The notes under the pieces: generated by a model
The model's database searches: none
What the model was told of the DNA's origin: nothing
The model's input: only the letters and a program-made list of their open reading frames with translations
Source: Candidatus Hecatella orcuttiae
GTDB taxonomy: Archaea > Thermoproteota > Bathyarchaeia > Hecatellales > Hecatellaceae
NCBI GenBank assembly: GCA_002011035.2
Contig: MTLY02000002.1
Span: 96,001-160,000 of the forward strand
Reading direction: 5' to 3'
Length of the DNA: 64,000 nucleotides
Made by a program: the position numbers and the translations under genes
Shown here: positions 1-8,853 of the stretch, one piece after another
Numbering within the stretch: the first letter of the stretch is position 1
Layout: every line of letters begins with the position of its first letter

Positions 1-1
1 G

Positions 2-112
2 AGTAGGTCTCTCAGTTGGGAGATATCTCTGCTGATTGCTTTAGGCATAATAGCAGTCATGGAGTTAGTAGTGTTCTCTTACAAAATTAGAAAGGCTTCT
101 GGTAAAATTTGA
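2..112 (+). CDS. 3' end of a membrane-anchored protein (partial, runs off the left edge)
   Basis: Open frame SRSLSWEISLLIALGIIAVMELVVFSYKIRKASGKI*: hydrophobic helix plus basic tail. Confidence 0.45.
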   Translation, partial: SRSLSWEISLLIALGIIAVMELVVFSYKIRKASGKI

Positions 113-235
113 TCGAAGATTTTTTTTATATATATAATAATTTATAAATTTAAATTATTGTGCAAAAATTTATATATCTAATAATAGTAATAAAAGAAAC
201 GTTAGAAACCCTGCCAAAAAAGGAAGGGGGTATAT

Positions 236-2149
236 ACGATTAAAAATAGACATCTTATTTATTTAATGGCTATCACCATAACCATCCTAGCCTTCGGTTC
301 CATCGCAGGAGCATTGACGATCCAAGCAAACATACAGGCTTCCCAAGAAACATACGCCGCAGAGATCCCAAGCTACGTCGGTCCAGAGACATGTAAAATA
401 TGCCACCCCGCTCAGTATGAAGAATGGAAAGACACAGGCCATGCTAACATGATACTCACCGCACAGCAAGCGCAGGAGGAAGGTTTCCCCCTGCCCGAGG
501 GTATATCTTGGGATGATGTGGCGTACACCTTAGGAGGCATTTGGAAGATACGCTACATAAACACAAGCGGTTACTTTATAACTTGGCATTATGAGAATGG
601 AGTCAAAACACCTGGGAAAAACCAATATAATATCGCCACAGGCGAATGGGTCGACTACCACGCTGGCGAAGTTAAAAAGTATACTTGCGGAAACTGTCAC
701 ACTACAGGCTATGATGTAGAGGCCGCGTCCCCAGAGGGTATGCCTGGCATCGTAGGCAACTGGCAGTTCCTCGGCATCACCTGTGAGTCTTGCCATGGGC
801 CTGGAGGAGACCACATCACGGGGCCCACGCAGAACAAAATGGTCATCGATGTGAGTGCGGAGGTCTGCGGGCAGTGCCATGTTAGGGGTAAGGACATCAC
901 TTACCAGCTTGGAGACCCCGAATCCTTCAGCTACACCCACGGTGAAAAGCCTCATAAACATCACCAGCAGTATCATGACTGGATTCAGAGTGAACACAGC
1001 GAATCTTTAGAGCATCTTGTAGCTTTGCCCTACGCACAGGATTACTGTTTGAGCTGTATGAGTGCAGATAAAATCCTGAACACCGATCTCATCACCTTGT
1101 TCAAGGCTCCTGAAGTAACCGTCGAAAATGCCGTGAACCCTGTTACCTGCGTCAACTGCCACAATCCCCACTCTTCCGACCTGAGAATAACGAGGCCTGC
1201 CGTCAAAGGATACCCCGCCGTGGGAGAGGTTGGGTCGACTGCTGATAAATTAACTGTCTGTACGCAGTGCCACACTGGTGGAGCCACGGTGGAGGAGAAG
1301 GATAAGGAGAGATGGCATCATACCACAGGGGAAATATTCACCGCCATAGGTAGCGTACACTATGCTTCCGGTGTTACATGCGTTGACTGCCACATGGCTC
1401 TTGACACCAAGACGGCCATTGCCTATGATCTACGCAACCATACCATGACGGTTCAATCCTATGGGACATACGATTATACATGTGGTCAAGCTATAGGCTG
1501 CCACAAGGAACAAGGCGCAGAATGGGCTGAACAGCGCATATTAGATGCCCAGACTCTGTTCAGCGAATCGCTGGAGAAGGCAGAGGCAGCCATATCTTCA
1601 GCCGAAACTACTATCATCACGGCTAATGAAACCGCAGGAATTGATATGGCCACCCTCAAAGAAGCGGAAGAACTACTGCTGAAAGCTAAAAGTAGGTTTG
1701 CCTACGCAGAGGCAGATGGCAGTGAAGGTTTCCATAACCCAACCTACACCCAGATGCTTTTGGCAGCAGCTCTGGACTATGCTGCCAAGGCTGAATTGAC
1801 CGCGTCTAAAGCTATAGCCGACGCCACCATCGCCACTTTGGCTCCTGCAGAGCAAGTTGAAACCTTGCGGGCTGAGGTTTCCCGCTTGCAAGACGAAATC
1901 TCCGACCTCCAAAAACAGAACAATGCCTTAAAGAGCCAAAATGAAGACCTCCGAAAGTTAAACAGCGACCTTGAGAATCAAGTCAGCAGTTTGCAGGCGC
2001 AGGTTAGCAGTCTTCAAGACCGTGTGGCCGAGTTAGAAGCAGCGGCCCCGCCGAGGGTAGGAATGCTTTACGTTTACCTCGCCATAGGCGTAGTGGTCGG
2101 TATTATCATAGGAGCCGCCGTGATCTTCGCTGTGAAGAGGGGCAAGTAG
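236..2149 (+). CDS. Secreted, C-terminally anchored multiheme cytochrome c (c552/NrfA-like C-terminal helices)
   Basis: 7 CxxCH plus CLSCM and CGQAIGCH; ADGSxGFHNP motif; coiled coil, TM helix and KRGK end. ORF track starts at ATG 266, but the signal-peptide n-region (IKNRH) lies upstream in frame from ACG 236. Confidence 0.85.
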   Translation, partial: TIKNRHLIYLMAITITILAFGSIAGALTIQANIQASQETYAAEIPSYVGPETCKICHPAQYEEWKDTGHANMILTAQQAQEEGFPLPEGISWDDVAYTLGGIWKIRYINTSGYFITWHYENGVKTPGKNQYNIATGEWVDYHAGEVKKYTCGNCHTTGYDVEAASPEGMPGIVGNWQFLGITCESCHGPGGDHITGPTQNKMVIDVSAEVCGQCHVRGKDITYQLGDPESFSYTHGEKPHKHHQQYHDWIQSEHSESLEHLVALPYAQDYCLSCMSADKILNTDLITLFKAPEVTVENAVNPVTCVNCHNPHSSDLRITRPAVKGYPAVGEVGSTADKLTVCTQCHTGGATVEEKDKERWHHTTGEIFTAIGSVHYASGVTCVDCHMALDTKTAIAYDLRNHTMTVQSYGTYDYTCGQAIGCHKEQGAEWAEQRILDAQTLFSESLEKAEAAISSAETTIITANETAGIDMATLKEAEELLLKAKSRFAYAEADGSEGFHNPTYTQMLLAAALDYAAKAELTASKAIADATIATLAPAEQVETLRAEVSRLQDEISDLQKQNNALKSQNEDLRKLNSDLENQVSSLQAQVSSLQDRVAELEAAAPPRVGMLYVYLAIGVVVGIIIGAAVIFAVKRGK

Positions 2150-2218
2150 AAGCGCCCCCCGTCCACATTTTTTGGGATCGGGATTCGTTTAGAAGTGTTT
2201 GCCATAAGGGAGGATGGT

Positions 2219-3544
2219 GTGAGCGGCTTGAGAATCTTTAACTTGAGGGCCACTTACAAGAAGGTTTCCATCCCTCTGCTGGAGAAGCTAACTTTCAAGA
2301 GCCCCCCGAAGGCTTTGAGGAGTTTACAGAATGCGGAAAACATCAGGGAATGCCTAATTCTGCAGACATGTAACAGGGTAGAAATCTTCGCAGTAACCTT
2401 AACCCAGGAAGACGAAGAGAGAGTGGCAGAGTGGTGGAGGAAAGAAACAGGTTTCAACTCAGAGAAATTTTACAGCCTTATCGAAGTGTCCCGTGACGTG
2501 GAAGCTGTGGGCCACCTTTTCCGGCTGGCTTCAGGCCTTGAGTCCATGGTAGTCGGGGAAGCTCAGATCCTCGGCCAGATCAGGAAGGCTTTCGAAGAGG
2601 CTAAAGCCTGCGGCACGGTAGGCCCTCTGCTCGAGAAAGTTTTCACCAAGGCGATCAAGACGGGGGGTCGAGTTCGCCTTGAAACAGACATCGGCAAGGG
2701 CGCTGCATCGGTGGGTTCGGTGGCCGTAGACTTGGCTGAGGAGGTCCTCGGTGGGCTGGAAGGGAGGAGAATCCTCATCCTAGGAGCTGGGGAAACCGGC
2801 ACATTGGTGGGGAAAGCTCTTGCAGCCAGACGGCAGGCCGCGGTCTTCGTGGCCAATCGCACATATCCCAGAGCCCTTAGGCTGGCTCGGATGCTGGGCG
2901 GCCGAGCTGTGTCCTTCAGTCAGCTGGGGAAATTTCTGGCTGAAGCCGACGTGGTGGTGGTCGCCACCTCAGCGCCCCACCCAGTGTTGAAGTTGAGCGA
3001 GGTGGGGAAGGCTTTGGAGGAAAGGGGAGGAAAGCCCATGCTCATCATTGACCTTTCCCAGCCTAGGAACGTGGACGCCGAGGTAGCCCGCCTTAGGGGG
3101 GTTCAACTCCACAACATCGACGACCTCCAAAAGCTGAGCCAGCTAAACCTTAAAATGCGCGCCGCAGAGGTGGAAAAGGTTGAAAAAATCGTGGAAAAAG
3201 AAGTAGGGCGGCTGGAGTTGATGTTGAAGAGGGAAACCGCGGAACCTGTTATCTCAGCCATGCTGCAGAGGGCCGAGAAGATCAGGAGGAAAGAAGTGGA
3301 GAGATTTCTCAGCATGCTGGGCCGGGTGGATGGAACTTTGCGGAAACTCATCGAAGATATGTCCTATGAACTCGTCGAAAGAATCTTCCACCATCCAATC
3401 CAAAACCTGAGAAAAGCCGCGGAAAAGGATCAAACCTCCCTAGTTCTGGCAGCCAGAAAGCTGTTTAACATCGAAGCTGAAAGGGAGCCCCAAGATTTTC
3501 CTGAGAGCTTGCAATATGGAATACCCATGAAAGAGGCATGCTAA
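2219..3544 (+). CDS. hemA: Glutamyl-tRNA reductase
   Basis: TCNRVE catalytic motif, GLESMVVGEAQILGQ, GAGETG, DLSQPRNVD; GTG 2219 is the likely start. Confidence 0.95.
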   Translation: MSGLRIFNLRATYKKVSIPLLEKLTFKSPPKALRSLQNAENIRECLILQTCNRVEIFAVTLTQEDEERVAEWWRKETGFNSEKFYSLIEVSRDVEAVGHLFRLASGLESMVVGEAQILGQIRKAFEEAKACGTVGPLLEKVFTKAIKTGGRVRLETDIGKGAASVGSVAVDLAEEVLGGLEGRRILILGAGETGTLVGKALAARRQAAVFVANRTYPRALRLARMLGGRAVSFSQLGKFLAEADVVVVATSAPHPVLKLSEVGKALEERGGKPMLIIDLSQPRNVDAEVARLRGVQLHNIDDLQKLSQLNLKMRAAEVEKVEKIVEKEVGRLELMLKRETAEPVISAMLQRAEKIRRKEVERFLSMLGRVDGTLRKLIEDMSYELVERIFHHPIQNLRKAAEKDQTSLVLAARKLFNIEAEREPQDFPESLQYGIPMKEAC

Positions 3545-3870
3545 TCAGTATTCTGACAGCCTTCGCTTCCGAAAGGCCTGACCTTTTCCCTTAACTTGCT
3601 TAGTCACCGCTAATAGGAGCAATAGCTGCCAAAGCGTGAGCTCTCGGATAGGGGTGTTCCCCCTCCCTCACATTGGTTACTCTCGTCTCTTCCAAGGCTT
3701 GGCGTCGCCATTGAGCCTTAGCAATCTTCATCGATGCCTTTCGAAGCTGTTGTAATATTATTCTGCTTCCCTGCTTGTTGTGGCATATTTTTCTACCGCT
3801 TCCTAAGAGAGGCTAACGTCTACAAGGGTTCAAATTGGAGGCTACAGTAAATTATTACCACTGACTACGG

Positions 3871-3974
3871 TGGCGGGCCCGGGGGGATTTGAACCCCCGA
3901 CCTCCGGCTCCGCAGGCCGGCGCCCTAGTCCTGATTTTCCGGGATGACGATGAGTCCCTCTAGACGACGGGCCC
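3871..3974 (-). tRNA. tRNA-Arg(GCG) with a 25-nt non-canonical intron at 15/16 (3935..3959)
   Basis: GGGCCCG acceptor stem, CCGGC-CTGCGGA-GCCGG anticodon arm, TTCAAAT T-loop, encoded CCA; removing 25 nt restores the D-loop AGTCAGGACTA. Confidence 0.9.
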
Positions 3975-4096
3975 TTCTTCAGCGGTGTTAGGGTTCCCGG
4001 AGGTCACCGTCAATATTATATCTGTCTCCAATTATACGGTTTACGGTTTCGACTGCTTCCCCTTCGCAGTCTTAGATCGGATGGCGGGGATTAAGT

Positions 4097-5743
4097 TTGG
4101 CGGGAAAAATAGGGCGGCTGGAAGGCCATTGGATTGACCGGGTGGTCAGGGAACTGGAGCTCAGAGGAGATGAGCAGCTGGTCTTCAGCACCGCCAAGAC
4201 CCCCAGCGGGCCTATCCACGTCGGTGTAGGTCGGGAGCTGGTGTACTGCAGCGCCTTCGAGACCCTGCTGAGGGAGAGAGGCTTCCCCACCGCCTTCTAC
4301 TTTTTCGTCGACGACTTTGACTCCCTGAAAACCTTCCCCCCGGCTACGCCTAAGGACTTCGCATCACGCAGGGAGTACCTTGGAAGACCCATGTGGGCGG
4401 TGCCCTGCCCCTACGGGCACTGCGAAAGCTGGGGGCGCCATTACGCTCAGGAGCTCATCGAAACCTTCCCAACTTTCGGCTTCCACCCCCAGATCGTCTG
4501 GTCCCACCGTCTTTACCAGACCCCGGAGATGAAAAACCTCATCCGCAAGGCCTTAGAAAAGGTGGGCGAGTTAAAGGCCATCCTCCGCCGGGTGGTTACA
4601 CCCACGCTTCAGGGAGAGAAGCTTGAGGCCTTCCAAAAAGAGCTGGAAGACTGGTATCCCTGCTTGGTGGTCTGCGAAGCCTGCGGCCGCCTCATGACCA
4701 CGAAGGTTCAAGCCTACGACTCCCAAGGTGACCTTCTGACCTACAGCTGCAAGGCCTGCGGCCGGAGGGGGCAGGTAAAGATAGCGGACCACCCGGTTAA
4801 ACTCCGGTGGAGGATCGACTGGCCTGCCAAGTGGGCCTTGTTCAAGGTAAGCTGCGAACCAGCCGGCAAAGACCACTGCGTGAAGGGCGGAGCCTACGAC
4901 ACGGGGGAGCATATCGTCAGCCGGGTCTTCGGTTGGAAGCCGCCTTACCGCATTCCCTACGAGTGGATACTTTTGGGGGCGAAGGCCATGAAAACCCACA
5001 AGGGGATTTCCTTCACCTTCGCAGAATGGTCGGCTTCCGCCCCCCCGGAAGTCTACCGCTTCATGGTCCTCAGAGAAGAACCCCGCAAGCACATCAACTT
5101 CTCCCCCGAGCGGCTCCCCCAGCTCATCGACGAATTTGAAAGAGCTGAAAAAATCTACTTCAACCTAGAAAAGGCCTCAACCCCGGAGGAGGAAGCCGCT
5201 GTCCGGAGGGTTTACCCCCTCAGCCTGCCTGAGGGGCCCCCCGCCTCTCCTCCCCTCAGACTTCCTTTCAGGTTCGCCATAGTCCTATGCCAGCTGACGC
5301 CCCTCCTAGGGGAGGAGGGGGTGAAATCCAAGGTTCGAGAAGTCTTAGAGAAACTGGGGGGAGGAAAAAAAGTGGGAGAGGAGGTGATTTCCTCAGCCCA
5401 AGACAGGCTGAAGAAGGCGCAATACTGGGTCGTCCACTACGCTGGGGAAGACCTCCGATTCAACATAGCCGAAACCCTCCCCGCGCAGGTTCGAGAAATG
5501 TTAGACAGCCGACAAAGGGAAGGACTGAAGAGGCTGGCTGAAATGCTGGAGGAAAAAGACTGGGATGAGGCGGAACTTCAATACCAAGTCTTCGAGCTGG
5601 GGAAAAGCTTGGGGATAGGCCCTAAGATCTTTGAAGCGGTTTATCTGGTTTTCTTGGGGAAAAAATTCGGCCCTAGGCTGGCTCCTTTTCTCCTATCCTT
5701 AGATAAGGAGTTCGCCGTCAAAAGGTTGAGGGAGACCTCCTAG
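4097..5743 (+). CDS. lysS: Class I lysyl-tRNA synthetase
   Basis: TPSGPIHVG, KLRWRIDWPAKW, EPAGKDH, GPRLAPF motifs; two CxxC pairs. Confidence 0.95.
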   Translation: MAGKIGRLEGHWIDRVVRELELRGDEQLVFSTAKTPSGPIHVGVGRELVYCSAFETLLRERGFPTAFYFFVDDFDSLKTFPPATPKDFASRREYLGRPMWAVPCPYGHCESWGRHYAQELIETFPTFGFHPQIVWSHRLYQTPEMKNLIRKALEKVGELKAILRRVVTPTLQGEKLEAFQKELEDWYPCLVVCEACGRLMTTKVQAYDSQGDLLTYSCKACGRRGQVKIADHPVKLRWRIDWPAKWALFKVSCEPAGKDHCVKGGAYDTGEHIVSRVFGWKPPYRIPYEWILLGAKAMKTHKGISFTFAEWSASAPPEVYRFMVLREEPRKHINFSPERLPQLIDEFERAEKIYFNLEKASTPEEEAAVRRVYPLSLPEGPPASPPLRLPFRFAIVLCQLTPLLGEEGVKSKVREVLEKLGGGKKVGEEVISSAQDRLKKAQYWVVHYAGEDLRFNIAETLPAQVREMLDSRQREGLKRLAEMLEEKDWDEAELQYQVFELGKSLGIGPKIFEAVYLVFLGKKFGPRLAPFLLSLDKEFAVKRLRETS

Positions 5744-5779
5744 AAGCTGGAAGCTGCTGTGAAAAGCCGAAAACGATGT

Positions 5780-6652
5780 TCAATCGCTGATGGGGAAACC
5801 GTTCCACCGGTTTTGGAGCACATCCCGGAAAAACTCATCCAAACTGACTTCCAAGGTTCTTAGACGGCTGGAGAGGGAGGGTATGGGCTTGGCGAAAACC
5901 CCGCCTTTACAGGTTTCTATACGAGTTAGTTTAGCCACATGAGCCAAGGTTTCCCGGTCCACCTTCTCCAAGAAAATCCCCAAACCCGGGTAGGGGCAAA
6001 GCCCGCAGTCGTAGGTGCAAAACTCGCAGAGGCTGTAGAGGGTAGTCAGAATCTTAAGCCCATTAGCATCCTCCAGCGTCCTGATTTCGCTTTCCTTAGC
6101 CTCCAGAGTCTTTTCTATCCTTCTTCCAAATAGGTTTCTTTCAAGCTTCCGAGCAGCCTTGTAGACCTCGCTTCGGGTTTTCGCCCCCGTCAACACCGCC
6201 TTTCCATTGGAGAAAAGAAGGGCCACTGTTCGAGGTTCGTCGATGCGGCAGATGAGGCCGGGAAACTGCTCAGGCTCGTAGATGGTGGAAACCAGCTGGT
6301 GGGAGACTCTTTCTAGGCTTATGTTTCTCCCGAAGTTCACCAAGGCTACGATGTTCTGAACTTTGACCTCCGGCTTCCCCTCCAGTCTGACGCCTCTGCG
6401 CTTCAGCTCCGCGGCCACCTTTCTGACTGTTTTCGGAACCTCCAACTCGGAGCTTAAACCTGTGCAGATCATTTTTCCAGTCCTAAAAACCAGATTGGCT
6501 GTCTTAGGGTTTTTTAACCTCATAACAAGCCCTGGAAAATGCTTTTTACGCCGAAAAAGAGTTGGATAAGTCTTAAGAAGATTAGATAGGGCTATTTTTC
6601 GGCCAAAATCTACTGAAACGACTATGTTGCAGATTTTAATTTTCACCGTCAT
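5780..6652 (-). CDS. tbp: TATA-box binding protein paralog with ~115-aa Cys-rich C-terminal extension
   Basis: Two TBP repeats (NIVVS..FPGL..VFRTGKMICTG; VQNIVA..YEPEQFPGL..LFSNGKAVLTGAK); ATG 6652 is the likely start. Confidence 0.88.
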   Translation of the reverse strand: MTVKIKICNIVVSVDFGRKIALSNLLKTYPTLFRRKKHFPGLVMRLKNPKTANLVFRTGKMICTGLSSELEVPKTVRKVAAELKRRGVRLEGKPEVKVQNIVALVNFGRNISLERVSHQLVSTIYEPEQFPGLICRIDEPRTVALLFSNGKAVLTGAKTRSEVYKAARKLERNLFGRRIEKTLEAKESEIRTLEDANGLKILTTLYSLCEFCTYDCGLCPYPGLGIFLEKVDRETLAHVAKLTRIETCKGGVFAKPIPSLSSRLRTLEVSLDEFFRDVLQNRWNGFPISD

Positions 6653-6739
6653 CTCAGCCAAAGCCCGGTGTTTCTTAAAAAGACGGGGTTTAGAATCCCT
6701 CATTATATATGTTCAAAAAGCCTTAAAACACTATCGTTT

Positions 6740-8683
6740 TTACATCCGAAATGGCGCTTTTATGCCCAAAAGCCTCAGAGAGTTCCCCAACACCACCTGC
6801 ACAGCCTTCACCAGCCACATGCGGCTTTTCTTGGCGGTCTTACTTTCAGCCTTCAAAACAGGCAGCTCATCGTAGAAGGCGTTGAAGCTGTCAGCTACTT
6901 CGTTAGCATATTCAGCCAAGATTTCAGGTTTAAGGGAGTCCGCAGCCTCCGAGAAAACTTCAGGAAGCCTAGCCAGCTTAACCAGTAGCTGCTTTTCTAG
7001 GGGATTATCCAAAAGCAAGCTGTCCCTCGGGGGAGGAGGGGGAAGGGCTCCTGCCTTTCTCAAAATGCTGCAAGCTCGGGCGTGGGCGTATTGAATATAG
7101 GGGCCGCTGTTGGCTTCGAGGTTCAGAACCCGGTCCCAGCTGAAGGTGACAACTTTCAGGGGGGAAACGCTGAGCATGGCGTATTTGATAGCCCCTAGAC
7201 CCACCGCCTTGGCGGTCTCCTTTTTTCTCCTTTCACTCATATCGGGTGAACGTTTTTCCACTTCCTTGTAGGCCATGGCGAAAGCCTCCCTCATAACCTC
7301 GTCGAAGGTGACATAGCGGCCTCTCCTCCTCGACATCTTATACCCGGGAAGGGTGACCAACTCGTAGGCGCAGTGAATGAGGGAATCCGCAGCTTTGCTG
7401 ACCTTCAAGGCTAGGAGGGCAAGCTTGAGTTGAAGCTGAGCCAGCTTCTGGTCGACGCCTATGACGTTGACCGCCCTGTCCGCCCAAGAAAACTTCTTCA
7501 AATGGTAGGCGATGTCTCTCGTCGTGTAGAGGGTGGTGCCGTCGCCTCGAACTAAGACCAGCGGAGAAACCTCCGGCAGCCCTTCTTGGGATGTAAGGGT
7601 GGCAGCTCCAAGAGTCTCAGCAGCTAAACGTGCGTCGAAGGTTAAGGCGCCTCTCTGAAGTTTCACGTAGGGGGTTTTCTTCAGTTTTTCCAGAACTTCT
7701 TTAACTTCGCCGCTCCACACTAGGTTGCTTTCCCAGTCCCAAGCATCAAATTTTATGCCTGCGGTTTTCAGGGTTTTTCTAAAGCCTCTGAGGCAGAGGT
7801 TAACTATTCTCCGGATAAGCTTCACAGTCCGCGGGTCTCCGTCCTCGTAGAGTTTGAGAATTTTCTCGATGCTTTTCTCCGGATCAGAGTCAGCGTTTAC
7901 AGCTTCCAAGAGTCTGTCGAAGACTTCTTTCCGCTGGGATTCCAGCTCCGAGGCTATGGCTACAAGCTCACCCAGCTGTCTCTTCAGTTTTTCAGCCTCC
8001 ACCCGTTCTTTGACCGCTCCCATCCTTTTTTTCAAACTTGTAATTTCCACAAGAGTGTGAACGGCCGTGTAGAGAAAGCCCAGCCACTCGTCGGGTTTTC
8101 CTTCCACCTTCGGTTTTCCCAAGAGCATAAAACCATAGGCCACCGTAGCAACCTGTCTACCCATGTCGTTGACGTAGAAATGCCGCCTCACCACATGGCC
8201 TCGCCCTTCCAAAAGCCTAGCCAAAGCGTCTCCCAGGATGGCGTTTCTGGCGGTGCCTATGTGAAGAGGCCCGCTGGGGTTGGCGCTGGTATGTTCCACC
8301 AAGATTTTCTCAGAGGAGGCTGCGGTGACAAGCCCATAGGAGCGGCCCAGTTCCTTCACAGCTTCAAACGTTAAACTAGCCAGTTGGGGGATGTCGGCGA
8401 AGAAGTTTAGATAACCTCCCACAGCTTCCACTTTGGCAACTAAATTGAAACTCAGCTTACTAAGCTCCACGCGGAGGTTTTCGGCGATGACGGAGGACTT
8501 CAGCCCTGTCTTTTGGGAAAGCTCAAAGCATAGGCTGGAGGAAAGCTCCCCGAACTGAGGTGAAGAAGGAATCGTGGTCAAGTATTTTGGAGCTTCAAAG
8601 TCGGGGTAAACCTTTCCGAGAACCGCCAAGAGGGCGTTTTCGCATTCCTCTCGAAAGAAGCCGAAAGGATTAGGGTTCACCAC
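6740..8683 (-). CDS. argS: Arginyl-tRNA synthetase
   Basis: EHTSANPSGPLHIGTARN, KMSRRRG, PYIQYAHARACSIL. Confidence 0.96.
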   Translation of the reverse strand: MVNPNPFGFFREECENALLAVLGKVYPDFEAPKYLTTIPSSPQFGELSSSLCFELSQKTGLKSSVIAENLRVELSKLSFNLVAKVEAVGGYLNFFADIPQLASLTFEAVKELGRSYGLVTAASSEKILVEHTSANPSGPLHIGTARNAILGDALARLLEGRGHVVRRHFYVNDMGRQVATVAYGFMLLGKPKVEGKPDEWLGFLYTAVHTLVEITSLKKRMGAVKERVEAEKLKRQLGELVAIASELESQRKEVFDRLLEAVNADSDPEKSIEKILKLYEDGDPRTVKLIRRIVNLCLRGFRKTLKTAGIKFDAWDWESNLVWSGEVKEVLEKLKKTPYVKLQRGALTFDARLAAETLGAATLTSQEGLPEVSPLVLVRGDGTTLYTTRDIAYHLKKFSWADRAVNVIGVDQKLAQLQLKLALLALKVSKAADSLIHCAYELVTLPGYKMSRRRGRYVTFDEVMREAFAMAYKEVEKRSPDMSERRKKETAKAVGLGAIKYAMLSVSPLKVVTFSWDRVLNLEANSGPYIQYAHARACSILRKAGALPPPPPRDSLLLDNPLEKQLLVKLARLPEVFSEAADSLKPEILAEYANEVADSFNAFYDELPVLKAESKTAKKSRMWLVKAVQVVLGNSLRLLGIKAPFRM

Positions 8684-8853
8684 GAGTTTTCACCGAATTC
8701 TCAGCTGGACGGCCTGCCTCCAGCCTTCTTCCCGTCGGACTTTAAGGCTCTTGGAAATGGATGAGGTGCAGGGACGTATTAAAGTTGTGGACAGCCATCG
8801 CTCTATCCGTAGGCTTTGAAACGAGCCTTAAACCTCTCCGGAGGCCGAATTGT

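Noticed and set aside
136-159. Dyad AATAATTTA-N6-TAAATTATT upstream of the cytochrome
   Set aside because: Lies in an almost pure AT tract where such symmetry is expected by chance
3734-3850. 38-aa hydrophobic ORF MPFEAVVILFCFPACCG...
   Set aside because: No SD or recognisable family; could be a remnant but cannot be supported
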